In this document: positions 39,629 to 49,377 of the stretch, piece after piece
How the letters are laid out: the number at the start of each line of letters is the position of its first letter
Numbering within the stretch: the stretch's first letter is position 1
Virus record (IMG/VR): IMGVR_UViG_3300032285_002884
Origin: a virus
Reading direction: 5' to 3' (one strand)
DNA: 64,000 nucleotides
Notes under the pieces: generated by a model
Seen by the model: the letters and a program-made list of their open reading frames with translations, nothing else
What the model was told of the DNA's origin: nothing
Databases searched by the model: none
Position numbers and translations under genes: made by a program

Positions 39629-41353
39629 ATGGCCGAACTATTCGGATTTGAGTTTAAGAGAACAGCTCCAAAAGAAGCTACCACCTCCTTCGTCCCTCGC
39701 CAAGAAGACGATGGGGCCGCGGTCGTCTCGGCTACCGGTTCATATGGAACCTACCTCGACCTCGACGGCACCGTAAGGACAGAGGCAGAGCTGGTCACCA
39801 AGTACCGCGAGATGTCGCTTCAACCAGAGATCGACACCGCGTGCGACGAGATCGTCAACGAGATGATGTCGATCGACGAGGACCAGATCGTAAAGATCGA
39901 CCTCGACAATCTAGATCTATCCGACAACATCAAGAAGACTATCGAGTCAGAGTTCAAGAACTGCTTGAACATCCTCGACTTCAACCGTCACGCCTACGAG
40001 ATCGCTCGCAGGTGGTACGTCGACGGCAGGATGTACTACCACGTCATCATCGACGAGAAGAGTCCTAGAGACGGAATCAAGGAACTCAGGTACATCGACC
40101 CGCGTAAGATCAGAAAGATCCGCGAAGTAAACAAGAAGAGAGTAAAGGGTGGTGAGCAGGGCGACGCCGTCATCCAGAGAGTACAGAACGAGTACTTCAT
40201 CTTCAACGACCGTGGGTTCAACTACGGTAACAAGTCGGTAGGTCCGTCGACCACCGGCCTAAAGATCGCCAAGGACGCCATCGTATACATTACCTCAGGT
40301 CTTACAGACACTCAGGGCACGATGGTCCTGTCATACCTTCACAAGGGAATCAAGGCTCTCAACCAGCTTCGCACCCTCGAAGACTCACTCGTCATCTATC
40401 GACTAGCGCGCGCTCCAGAGCGTCGTATCTGGTACATCGACATCGGCAACCTTCCTAAGATGAAGGCTGAGCAGTACGTCCGCGAGATCATGGTCAAGCA
40501 CAAGAATCGCCTGATCTACGACGGCAGCACCGGTGAGGTCAAGGACGACCGTAAGTTCATGACGATGATGGAAGACTACTGGATCCCACGCCGCGAGGGA
40601 GGCAAGGGTACCGAGGTCACCACACTTCCAGGTGGTCAGAACCTTGGACAGATGGACGACGTCCTCTACTTCCAGAAGAAGCTCTATCAGACCCTGAACG
40701 TGCCGGTAAATAGACTCAACAGCGACGCACTCTTCTCGCTCGGTCGCGCCACAGAAGTCACCCGTGACGAGATCAAGTTCAGCCGCTTCATCTCTCGCCT
40801 CCGCGGCAGGTTCTCTTCTCTGTTCATCGAGGTACTCGGTAAGCAGATGGTGCTCAAGGGTATGCTGTCGATCGAGGACTGGAACAACATCAGCCCAGAC
40901 ATCAAGTTCGACTTCTCTCGTGACAACCACTTCACCGAGCTCAAGGACGCAGAGCTGCTGATGAACAGGATTCAGGTCCTCAACAGCATCCAGCCGATGG
41001 TCGGCACCTACTACTCACACGAGTGGGTGATGAAGAACGTCCTCATGCAGTCTGACGACGACATCGAGGAGATGCGCGAGCAGATCGAGGAAGAGATGAG
41101 CGACCCTATCTTCAACCCTCCGATGCCGGAAGACGGTAGTCAGCCAGCAGACGGTACCGAAGAAGACTCATCACAGGGTGCGCCCCCGCCTACCGATGGC
41201 GGAGACCAACCAGATGACCCAAGGGCAGAGAAGATCAAGAAGATCGCTCAGGCTAGGGCAGAGTATAACTTAATAATGAAGAAGGCAGTCAAGACTAAGT
41301 CCGACGAGGCTAAGCTTAAGTCGGTCTCTCAGATCGTGGCAAAGAACAAGTAA
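39629..41353 (+). CDS. gp20: Portal vertex protein
   Basis: MAELFGF start; RRWYVDGR, YRLARAPERRI, EDYWIPRREGGKGTE, ITRDE-like motif. Confidence 0.96.
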   Translation: MAELFGFEFKRTAPKEATTSFVPRQEDDGAAVVSATGSYGTYLDLDGTVRTEAELVTKYREMSLQPEIDTACDEIVNEMMSIDEDQIVKIDLDNLDLSDNIKKTIESEFKNCLNILDFNRHAYEIARRWYVDGRMYYHVIIDEKSPRDGIKELRYIDPRKIRKIREVNKKRVKGGEQGDAVIQRVQNEYFIFNDRGFNYGNKSVGPSTTGLKIAKDAIVYITSGLTDTQGTMVLSYLHKGIKALNQLRTLEDSLVIYRLARAPERRIWYIDIGNLPKMKAEQYVREIMVKHKNRLIYDGSTGEVKDDRKFMTMMEDYWIPRREGGKGTEVTTLPGGQNLGQMDDVLYFQKKLYQTLNVPVNRLNSDALFSLGRATEVTRDEIKFSRFISRLRGRFSSLFIEVLGKQMVLKGMLSIEDWNNISPDIKFDFSRDNHFTELKDAELLMNRIQVLNSIQPMVGTYYSHEWVMKNVLMQSDDDIEEMREQIEEEMSDPIFNPPMPEDGSQPADGTEEDSSQGAPPPTDGGDQPDDPRAEKIKKIAQARAEYNLIMKKAVKTKSDEAKLKSVSQIVAKNK

Positions 41354-41365
41354 GGAGAGTTTAAG

Positions 41366-41602
41366 ATGAGTGATGATAATAAATACACTATAGGCGATTT
41401 AATCTATCACACGGCAACTCAGGAACCAGTCGACTTCGCTAACGCATTCAATTCATTGATGCTCGACCGCGTCAACGCGGCGATTGAAGTCAGAAAGAAC
41501 GAGATCGCGCAGGGCATGTTTGACCAGCCAGATGATCCTGAAGAATCTGACGATGAAGATGACGTTGTGTGGGAAGACGACGAGGAAGAAGAAGGGGAGT
41601 AA
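41366..41602 (+). CDS. Small acidic prohead core protein (gp67-like position)
   Basis: Acidic tail; sits immediately after the portal gene with SD aaggag. Confidence 0.55.
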   Translation: MSDDNKYTIGDLIYHTATQEPVDFANAFNSLMLDRVNAAIEVRKNEIAQGMFDQPDDPEESDDEDDVVWEDDEEEEGE

Positions 41603-41603
41603 C

Positions 41604-42620
41604 ATGGCTAAGAGTCTCAAGGACATCCTGAACGGTGTCAAGTCTAGTAAGGTAGTTCCGGGCTCTACCGGTAAAGACCCATATGTTGACTATGAACAGA
41701 AGGGCGGAGACGCTCAGCGAGCTGTTGCTAAGCACAAGACAGAGAAGCACTCCGACAGGGTTGGAAACGCCGACAACATCGGAACCAAGACCAAGGAAGC
41801 TAAGTTCCCTAAGCAGAAAGAAGCTGCCTACGAGGAAGTCGTCGCCAAGAAGACTAAGAATACCAAGGACAGCTGGGAACTAAACTCTCCAGAAAAGCGC
41901 AGGAAAGATGCTAGAGACCTCGCTAAGTCTCAGCAGACTCCAGGCCACGTCACCGTCGGTGAGTCACATGACGACCGCGACGAAGAGACCAGCATGGTCA
42001 GGGCAGAGCTCAAGGCCCTCGCCGACAAGGCAACCGCCCTAGCAAAGAGCATGCCTTCTTCGATGCACATCGAGCCATGGGTTCAGTCAAAGATCGCCGT
42101 CGCCAAGGATCAGGTATCCGCAGTACACGACTACATGATGTACGGCGACCACGACGATGACAAGAAGACCACCAAGGAAGAAGTCGAGCAGGTCGACGAG
42201 GCTACTAGGGCTGCGATCGCACTCAAAGCTGCACGCGACGCTGCATCAAAGGCTGGCGTCAAGTCTACTCCTCCAAAGAAGCCAAGCAAAGAGAACCCTA
42301 TCAAGCTTAGGGAGACCGAGCAGGTAGACGAGGTCCTCTCAAAGAAGGCTGATGCAGGCGAGTGGATCAAGGACTTCGTAAAGTCTGACAATCCAAAGTT
42401 TGCTGGTAAGTCTAAAGAGAAGCGTAAGCAGATGGCCATTGCAGCATACTACGCTAAGCAGAGAAACGAAGAGCACCTCCATGAAGAGAAGTGCAACAAG
42501 TCCGCCAAGGGCAAGTCATGCAGCGTTCATGGAATGGATGAGTGTCCTGGATATAAGAGCGAGTCCACTGAGCCGGCACCTACTCTGCCAGCCTATAACC
42601 TTGACGCAGCGAGGGTATAA
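41604..42620 (+). CDS. Highly charged internal head/prohead core protein
   Basis: K/E-rich; repeated [VIL]xE motifs (EQVDE, EHLHE); KSDNPKFAGKSKEKRKQMAIAAY segment; start taken at ATG 41604 after an SD. Confidence 0.55.
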   Translation: MAKSLKDILNGVKSSKVVPGSTGKDPYVDYEQKGGDAQRAVAKHKTEKHSDRVGNADNIGTKTKEAKFPKQKEAAYEEVVAKKTKNTKDSWELNSPEKRRKDARDLAKSQQTPGHVTVGESHDDRDEETSMVRAELKALADKATALAKSMPSSMHIEPWVQSKIAVAKDQVSAVHDYMMYGDHDDDKKTTKEEVEQVDEATRAAIALKAARDAASKAGVKSTPPKKPSKENPIKLRETEQVDEVLSKKADAGEWIKDFVKSDNPKFAGKSKEKRKQMAIAAYYAKQRNEEHLHEEKCNKSAKGKSCSVHGMDECPGYKSESTEPAPTLPAYNLDAARV

Positions 42621-42622
42621 AG

Positions 42623-42868
42623 ATGATAATTAAGCCACTTGGTCTTGAGATATCAATCAATTCTCAAAACAGCGTAAGCAACGCCTATGCAGTCAGAGTA
42701 GTCAATCCTACCAGCTCAAACGTGTTGGTTACCATAGCTTCTAACTCAACGACAAACAGCGCGTCCTTTACGGTCCTTGGAAATTCCGCTATAATCGTTG
42801 AAAAGACTCCTTCTTACTTAATTCAGGGTACAGGTATTCTTGCAACGCCAGTAGCGCGTAAGGGATAA
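42623..42868 (+). CDS. Small beta-rich hypothetical virion protein
   Basis: 81 aa directly before gp21; MIIKPLG..AVRVVN..IIVEK pattern. Confidence 0.6.
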   Translation: MIIKPLGLEISINSQNSVSNAYAVRVVNPTSSNVLVTIASNSTTNSASFTVLGNSAIIVEKTPSYLIQGTGILATPVARKG

Positions 42869-42872
42869 AGAG

Positions 42873-43541
42873 ATGAAACTCATCACGGAACTCACCGAAC
42901 AGGTAGAATACATAACCGAGACGTCTGAGTCGGGTGTAAAGAGTCACTACATCACTGGTCCTTTCCTCGTCGCTGAAGAGAAGAACAAGAACGGCCGCAT
43001 GTATCCCATGAAAGTCATGGAAGCGGAAGTGAATCGCTACCTTAAAGAAGTAGTGAAGAACAACCGCGGATACGGCGAGCTGGGACATCCAATGGGTCCG
43101 CAGATCAACCTCGATCGCGTATCCCACATCATTACCGAGCTGACCAGAGATGGCAACAGGTTCATCGGCAAGGCAAAGCTTACCGAGACTCCTATGGGCA
43201 ACATCGCCAAGGGACTCCTAAACTCAGGAGCCAACCTAGGCGTCTCGTCTCGCGGAATGGGATCTCTCAATCCGAGCAAGGACGGCGTCATGGTCGTTGG
43301 ACCTGACTTCAGACTGGCGACGGCAGCGGACATCGTAGCAGAGCCATCTGCGCCGGGAGCTTTCGTTCAAGGCATCATGGAAAACGTCGAGTGGATATTT
43401 GATCCGGTCAGGGGAACTTGGCTTGAAGAGAAGCTATCTAATACTAAGAAGTCTATCCGCAAGATGACTATGAGTGAGATCGAGCAGAAGAAGCTCGCTA
43501 TCTTCGAGAGCTACCTCACCGATCTTGCTAAGAACATCTAA
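42873..43541 (+). CDS. gp21: Prohead protease
   Basis: MKLITE, NKNGRMYP, GELGHP, GVSSRGMGS, ADIVAEPSAPGA. Confidence 0.95.
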   Translation: MKLITELTEQVEYITETSESGVKSHYITGPFLVAEEKNKNGRMYPMKVMEAEVNRYLKEVVKNNRGYGELGHPMGPQINLDRVSHIITELTRDGNRFIGKAKLTETPMGNIAKGLLNSGANLGVSSRGMGSLNPSKDGVMVVGPDFRLATAADIVAEPSAPGAFVQGIMENVEWIFDPVRGTWLEEKLSNTKKSIRKMTMSEIEQKKLAIFESYLTDLAKNI

Positions 43542-43553
43542 ATTCCACTTGAT

Positions 43554-43561
43554 TATAAATA
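43554..43561 (+). promoter_or_regulatory. T4-type late promoter
   Basis: TATAAATA upstream of gp22. Variants AATAAATA at 16060, 38898 and 44643, CATAAATA at 4239 and 36750, and TATAAATA at 19955 precede other late genes. Confidence 0.8.
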
Positions 43562-43587
43562 GTTCAAATTCTAACGAGGAGACCCCT

Positions 43588-44637
43588 ATGTCTGACCTAA
43601 ACAATACAGAAGTTGAGATCGTCGCGGAAGACACCGAAGCCGCTTCTTCTCTTCAGCCAGCTGCTCGCAGCGTAAGTGATCCAAAAGCTATCGACGCTTC
43701 TAAGGTCGTAATGATGCAGAACATGCTCCATGTAATGGGCGGCATGAACAAGCAGGACCTTACCGACTGGTTCGCAAAGACCATGGCCATCTATGGTCCA
43801 AACAAAGACCACGGCGTCGGCGACAACTCTGACCAGAACAAGGCCTCTATCTCGATGAAGCCTTCACACGCTGGCACTGCAGGTCCAGACCGCAAGGATC
43901 CAACTCCTAAGATCGGCGTCCGCGAAGACGTCGAAGAGATGTTTGCCGGCGAGGAGCTCTCAGAAGAGTTCAAAGAAAAGACCGTCACTCTCTTTGAAGC
44001 AGCTATCAATGCTCGCCTCATGATTGAGCAGGCCCGTCTCGAAGAAGAGTACGAGGCAAAGCTCGAAGAAGAGGTCAAGCAGATCGACGAAGAGATCACC
44101 AAGAACGTAGATTCATATCTCGACTACGTAGTCGAGCAGTGGATGGAAGACAATGCAGTCGAGATTGAGTCCTCGCTCCGCAACGAGCTAATGGACGACT
44201 TCATCGACGGCATGAAGAACCTATTCAGCGAGCACTACATCAACCTTCCACGTGAGAAGGTAAACGTTGTAGAGTCTCTAGCTGGCAAGGTTGAAGAGCT
44301 CGAGACTCGCATGAGCGGTCTCATCAACGAGAACGTTGAGCTCAAGAGGAACCTAGCTGAGAGTGCAAAGTCCGAAGTCTTCACAGAGATGAAGAGCGGC
44401 CTTACACTGACTCAGCAGGAAAAGTTTCAGGCTCTCGCAGAGGGCGTGGACCTAGACGTCGATGTTGAGACCTATGCAAAGAAGCTCAAGATCATCAAGG
44501 AGAAGTACTTCAGCACCGAGAAGTCCGAATCCAACATCATCACCGAGAGCTTCGAAGAACAAGCTGAGAGCACGGTCCATGTGGACCCGAGCGTAAACAA
44601 GTACGTTCAGGCTATCTCACGCACAGTTAAGAGATGA
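43588..44637 (+). CDS. gp22: Prohead scaffold/core protein
   Basis: LSEEFKEK..TLFEAA, VDSYLDYVVEQWMEDN; start after SD gaggag. Confidence 0.9.
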   Translation: MSDLNNTEVEIVAEDTEAASSLQPAARSVSDPKAIDASKVVMMQNMLHVMGGMNKQDLTDWFAKTMAIYGPNKDHGVGDNSDQNKASISMKPSHAGTAGPDRKDPTPKIGVREDVEEMFAGEELSEEFKEKTVTLFEAAINARLMIEQARLEEEYEAKLEEEVKQIDEEITKNVDSYLDYVVEQWMEDNAVEIESSLRNELMDDFIDGMKNLFSEHYINLPREKVNVVESLAGKVEELETRMSGLINENVELKRNLAESAKSEVFTEMKSGLTLTQQEKFQALAEGVDLDVDVETYAKKLKIIKEKYFSTEKSESNIITESFEEQAESTVHVDPSVNKYVQAISRTVKR

Positions 44638-44683
44638 TCTCTAATAAATAACTTTAGTTCCTACTCAGATAAGGGAGACGACA

Positions 44684-46087
44684 ATGTATCTAGCTGAGGA
44701 AATTCAGAATAAGTGGGCTCCAATCCTGGAGCACGCTGACCTAAATCCAATCAAGGATGCTCATCGCCGTTCGGTGACTGCAGTCATGCTTGAGAACACC
44801 GAGAAGGCTCTTCGCGAGTCGGCTGCTCACGGTGACTACCAGACTCTTACGGAAACGGCTTCCACTATTCCTGCCAACCTCATGGGCGCTTCAAGCTCAA
44901 CGGCTGGCGCTGGTGGCATCGACACCTTCGACCCAGTCCTTATCTCGCTCGTTCGTCGCGCAATGCCTAACCTCATGGCATACGACGTCTGCGGCGTTCA
45001 GCCAATGACTGGTCCTACCGGACTCATCTTCGCGATGCGTTCACGTTACGCAAACAGCACCAACTCACAGACCGGCGCAGAAACCTTCTACAACGAAGTC
45101 AACACCGCCTTCTCGTCAGTCACTGCTGGTAACAGCACCTTCGGTCAGGCAGCCGGCAACGGTCCTTCTGGCTCGATCCCAGGAAACAGCAACACCACTG
45201 CGATGACCAACGTCGGTAACGCAATCGGTGGTTCTGGCTTCTACAACGACGCGTTCGGCATGTCGACTGCACAGGGTGAAGCCCTCGGCGCCGACTCAAA
45301 CGCAGCGTTCGCTCAGATGGCATTCTCGATCGAGAAGGTCACCGTCACCGCTCAGACTCGCGCCCTCAAGGCAGAGTACACAATGGAACTCGCTCAGGAC
45401 CTCAAGGCAATTCACGGCCTTGACGCTGAGACCGAGCTCTCGAACATCCTCTCGGCTGAAATCCTTGCAGAAATCAACCGCGAAATCATCCGCTCAATCA
45501 ACATCTCGGGTGTTGTTGGTGCACAGGACAATACCACGACTGCTGGCGTGTTCGACCTCGACACCGACTCAAACGGTCGTTGGTCGGTTGAGAAGTTCAA
45601 GGGCCTCATGTTCCAGCTCGAGCGCGAAGCCAACCAGATTGCTAAGACGACACGTCGCGGCAAGGGTAACATCGTCATCTGCTCTTCAGACGTCGCGTCT
45701 GCTCTTCAGATGGCCGGTGTTCTCGACTACGCACCTGCTCTCAACAGCAACAACCTACAGGTTGATGATACCGGCAATACCTTCGCCGGCATTCTAAACG
45801 GCCGCCTCCGCGTCTACATCGACCCATATGCAACCGGTGGTAACTACCTCACCGTCGGCTACAAGGGTTCGAGCGCATTCGACGCAGGTCTCTTCTACTG
45901 CCCATACGTTCCACTCCAGATGGTTCGTGCAGTCGACCAGAGCTCTTTCCAGCCTAAGATTGGCTTCAAGACACGTTACGGCGTCGTCGCGAACCCATTC
46001 GCACAGGGCCTCACAAAGGGTAACGGTACGCTGAACGTCAACAGCAACTACTACTACCGCAAGGTGATTGTAAATAACTTGATGTAG
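44684..46087 (+). CDS. gp23: Major capsid protein
   Basis: LISLVRRAMPNL.AYDVCGVQPMTGPTGLIFAMR, ALKAEYT.ELAQDLKAIHGLDAE, FYCPYVPL, FQPKIGFKTRYG. Confidence 0.98.
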   Translation: MYLAEEIQNKWAPILEHADLNPIKDAHRRSVTAVMLENTEKALRESAAHGDYQTLTETASTIPANLMGASSSTAGAGGIDTFDPVLISLVRRAMPNLMAYDVCGVQPMTGPTGLIFAMRSRYANSTNSQTGAETFYNEVNTAFSSVTAGNSTFGQAAGNGPSGSIPGNSNTTAMTNVGNAIGGSGFYNDAFGMSTAQGEALGADSNAAFAQMAFSIEKVTVTAQTRALKAEYTMELAQDLKAIHGLDAETELSNILSAEILAEINREIIRSINISGVVGAQDNTTTAGVFDLDTDSNGRWSVEKFKGLMFQLEREANQIAKTTRRGKGNIVICSSDVASALQMAGVLDYAPALNSNNLQVDDTGNTFAGILNGRLRVYIDPYATGGNYLTVGYKGSSAFDAGLFYCPYVPLQMVRAVDQSSFQPKIGFKTRYGVVANPFAQGLTKGNGTLNVNSNYYYRKVIVNNLM

Positions 46088-46124
46088 TGACATCTTTGTC
46101 ACAGTTCGTGACAAAGTTCTACAT
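46082..46124. repeat. Inverted repeat right after the gp23 stop
   Basis: CTTTGTCAC-agttc-GTGACAAAG (46094-46116), flanked by ATGTAG/CTACAT. Confidence 0.7.
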
Positions 46125-46149
46125 TAAGTCACAAGGTAAGCTTGTTAGA

Positions 46150-46188
46150 TATAAATACTCCCGAGGGCAACTTCGGGAGTATTTTTTT
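46150..46188 (+). terminator. Combined late promoter, terminator and RBS-sequestering hairpin
   Basis: TATAAATA at 46150-57; stem AAATACTCCCGAGG-GCAA-CTTCGGGAGTATTT with a T7 run, immediately followed by ATG at 46189. Confidence 0.85.
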
Positions 46189-46818
46189 ATGAAGCAAGAA
46201 AAGTATGGTTTCGTCTATATCTGGTATGATAAGAGAAATAAGATGTTCTATATTGGTTCTCACTGGGGAACCGAAGATGATGAGTATATTTGCTCATCTC
46301 CAAAGATGCTGAGAGCTTATGCACGTAGACCACAAGACTTTAAGAGACGAATAATTAAGAGAGGTTTTGACAATCGTCCTGAACTTCTTAAAGAAGAAGA
46401 TAGATGGTTAAAGATGATAGATCCATCTAAAACACTCAACAATAATAAACGTCTTCGCGATAGAGAAGAAAATGTTCGCTACTATAACATTAACTTAAGC
46501 GCATGGGAATCTTGGCATGCAGATAGCGAACTAAAGAAGACAGTAGGTCAGAAGATCTCAGCTTCTAAGAAAGGCAAGTCTACCGGTCCCTGCTCGGAGG
46601 AGACCAAGGCTAAGATAGGGAATGCCAATCGTGGTAGAAAGTTCACCGAGGAGCACCGACAGAAGCTCAGGGAAGCTAAGCTCGGAAGAACACTATCAGA
46701 AGAGCACAAGAGAAAGATTGGACAGTCAGGTATGGGTAGGGTCGGTGCATGGGCAGGTAAGACCTTTACGGAAGAGCACAGGGCTAATATCAGCAGAGGG
46801 ATGACTCTGAATAAATAA
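46189..46818 (+). mobile_element. Free-standing GIY-YIG homing endonuclease downstream of gp23
   Basis: YGFVYIWYD..MFYIGSH..YYN; NUMOD3-like SEETKAKIG/TEEHRQKL repeats; true start inferred at 46189. Confidence 0.85.
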
Positions 46819-46847
46819 CAGTAAGAGCAGGAATAATCTGCCAGACT

Positions 46848-46870
46848 GGGAGCTTCGGCTCCCCTTTTTT
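46848..46870 (+). terminator. Rho-independent terminator with cUUCGg tetraloop
   Basis: GGGAGC-TTCG-GCTCCC followed by C and a T6 run. Confidence 0.9.
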
Positions 46871-46902
46871 ATTTGGATAAATAGTGTCAGTGGAGGTATA
46901 AT

Positions 46903-47427
46903 ATGTCAGCTATAAAAGACCTACCGAGCAACCCGAATTTCCTATCGCCTCTTAACTTTACGTTCAAGGTCAGGCGAGCACCTCACCTGAACTTCTTTAT
47001 CCAAGAAGCAAAGATTCCGGGCATCGCTATCCAGCCTACTATGATCGCAAATCCACTTATCCGAGTTCCCTACTCAGGAGATCACATCGACTACGATCCC
47101 CTAGTGATCTCGTACAAGGTCGACGAGGACCTTCAGAACTACCTTGAGATCTACAACTGGCTCGTCGGTCTCGGTACTCCCGAGAGCCTACAGCAGTACG
47201 CTGATCTTGAAGCCCAGCCCTCCATGCTCGGTGGTGGTATCAAGTCAGACCTTGATCTGGTAATTTTGTCATCATCAAAGAATCCAAACTACTCGATAAC
47301 CTACGTGGACGCGTTCCCTATCTCTATCGACGGCTTGAGCTTCGACACCACCAGGACCGACGTGGACTACATATCCACTACCGTTACTTTCAAATATACC
47401 TCATATAAGATCAACAAATTGTATTGA
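46903..47427 (+). CDS. gp3: Tail completion/tube terminator protein gp3-like
   Basis: NFLSPLNF, FFIQEAKIPG, VDEDLQNYLEIYNW, DAFPISI; T4-like synteny. Confidence 0.85.
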   Translation: MSAIKDLPSNPNFLSPLNFTFKVRRAPHLNFFIQEAKIPGIAIQPTMIANPLIRVPYSGDHIDYDPLVISYKVDEDLQNYLEIYNWLVGLGTPESLQQYADLEAQPSMLGGGIKSDLDLVILSSSKNPNYSITYVDAFPISIDGLSFDTTRTDVDYISTTVTFKYTSYKINKLY

Positions 47428-47451
47428 CAAAATCTCCTACTGGTGTATAAT
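47424..47451 (+). promoter_or_regulatory. Sigma70-type early promoter upstream of uvsY
   Basis: TTGACA-16 nt-TATAAT. Confidence 0.75.
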
Positions 47452-47487
47452 AAGTCTATACCAAATCAACAGTAGCATGGAGTCAGT

Positions 47488-47922
47488 ATGACGCTTGATG
47501 AGATCATGTAGATGTGGTCCAAGGACTGCGACATCGACAGGACTGAGCTGGCTGAGGAGAGTCTTAGGATCCCTCAGCTTCACAGTAAGTACTACAAGAT
47601 GTACTCGCAGGAGCGACTTAGGCTCAAGAAGCTTGAGTCAGAGTTCAAGGTGCTCAAGCTCGAGAAGCACGAGTTCTATACTCAGGGACCCAGTCAGGAG
47701 ACCAAGGACCGCGGGTGGGAGATGCCTGCTCGAGGTCTCATCCTCAAGGCTGACGTACCCATGTACATGGAGGCAGACCCGCACATCGTCGAGCTCAGCC
47801 TGAAGATCGGCTACCAGCAGGAGAAGGTCGACTACCTGGAGAGCGCCATCAAGTCCCTGCTAAATAGAGGGTACGCTATCAAGAACGCCATCGACTGGCA
47901 TAGGTTTACTAATGGGGCATAG
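47488..47922 (+). CDS. uvsY: Recombination mediator UvsY, with an in-frame TAG at codon 8
   Basis: SD ggag plus ATG 47488 reads MTLDEIM*MWSKDCDID..ESLRIPQLHSKY..RGYAIKNAIDWHRF; the TAG is at 47509-47511. Confidence 0.85.
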
Positions 47923-49377
47923 ATGAGTGAAGTAGTCAGGATCGAGTACCACGACGAGACGCACATGAAGGTAGTGTGCGATCCGGGAGTGGCCTATGAG
48001 CTCAACGACTACTTCACCTTCGACGTCCCCGGCGCCAAGTTCATGCCGGCCTACAGGAACAAGATGTGGGACGGCAAGATCCGCCTGTTCAACGTCATGT
48101 CCTGCCTGCTCTACGTGGGACTGATCGGCTACGTAGAGAAGTTCTGCAGCGACAGGGACTACGAGTTCGAGCTCGACGCTCCTCAGTACGAGCCCGAGGA
48201 GTTCTCCCTCAAGGAGGCAAACGACTTCATAGAGAAGCTCGGCCCCAAGATGAAGCCGAGGGACTACCAGATGGACGCGTTCGTCCACGCGGTCAGGAGC
48301 AAGAGAGCGCTGCTGCTCTCACCCACCGCCTCCGGCAAGTCGTTCATCATCTACCTGATCATGAGGTACTACAGCGCAAAGACCCTCATCATCGTGCCGA
48401 CTACCTCTCTCGTCAGCCAGCTCGCCAGCGACTTCGCCGACTACGGCTTCGACTCCGACGCTAACGTCCATCGCATCTTCGGTGGACAGGATAAGCAGAC
48501 AGACAGGCCGGTCACCATCTCGACTTGGCAGAGCATATACAAGCTTCCTAAGAGCTACTTCGACCAGTTCGACGTCGTGATCGGAGACGAGGCCCACCTG
48601 TTCAAGGCCAAGTCGATGCAGTCGATCATGTCGAAGCTCACAGGCTGCGCCTTCAGGTTCGGATTCACGGGCACGCTCGACGGCACCCAGACCCACAAGC
48701 TCGTCCTGGAGGGTCTGTTCGGTCCGGTCAGGAAGGTCACCACCACCGCCGAGCTTATCGAGAAGGGAACCATCGCCGAGCTTACTATCAAGGCGATAGT
48801 CCTGAAGTACCCCGACGACATCAGGAAGCTGATGACCAAGGCCGACTACAAGAACGAGATGGACTACCTAGTCAACTGTCGAGCGAGAAACAAGTTCATC
48901 AGGAATCTGGTCTTATCGCTGGAGGGTAACACTCTCCTCTTATTCCAGCTTGTTGACAAACACGGAAAAGTATTGTATAATGACATCAAGAATGAAGCTG
49001 GTGATAGACCGGTCTTCTTCGTTTCGGGAGCAGTAGATGCTGAGGCGCGTGAGGAAATTCGTAGAATCGTTGAGTCTGAGAAGTCCGCGATTGTGGTTGC
49101 TAGCTACGGTACTTTTAGTACCGGAGTTAATATTCGTAATCTGCATAACGTTGTATTCGCTAGTCCTTCGAAGTCAAGGGTGAGAAACCTCCAGTCCATC
49201 GGCCGCGGGCTTCGTAAGTCTGAGACCAAGTCGTCTGTCACACTGTACGACATCGCCGACGACCTGACGTGGAAGAGTCGCAAGAACTTCACACTGCTCC
49301 ACTTCGTCGAGCGCGTAAAGATCTACAATGAAGAGAAGTTTAACTACAAGGTGTATAGCGTGGGAATTAAAGCATGA
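47923..49377 (+). CDS. uvsW: SF2 DNA helicase UvsW
   Basis: WDGKIRLF, SPTASGKS, GDEAH, GFTGT, QSIGRGLR. Confidence 0.95.
   Translation: MSEVVRIEYHDETHMKVVCDPGVAYELNDYFTFDVPGAKFMPAYRNKMWDGKIRLFNVMSCLLYVGLIGYVEKFCSDRDYEFELDAPQYEPEEFSLKEANDFIEKLGPKMKPRDYQMDAFVHAVRSKRALLLSPTASGKSFIIYLIMRYYSAKTLIIVPTTSLVSQLASDFADYGFDSDANVHRIFGGQDKQTDRPVTISTWQSIYKLPKSYFDQFDVVIGDEAHLFKAKSMQSIMSKLTGCAFRFGFTGTLDGTQTHKLVLEGLFGPVRKVTTTAELIEKGTIAELTIKAIVLKYPDDIRKLMTKADYKNEMDYLVNCRARNKFIRNLVLSLEGNTLLLFQLVDKHGKVLYNDIKNEAGDRPVFFVSGAVDAEAREEIRRIVESEKSAIVVASYGTFSTGVNIRNLHNVVFASPSKSRVRNLQSIGRGLRKSETKSSVTLYDIADDLTWKSRKNFTLLHFVERVKIYNEEKFNYKVYSVGIKA
48953..48981 (+). promoter_or_regulatory. Intragenic sigma70-type promoter in uvsW, upstream of gp55
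   Basis: TTGACA-17-TATAAT, perfect consensus. Confidence 0.7.
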
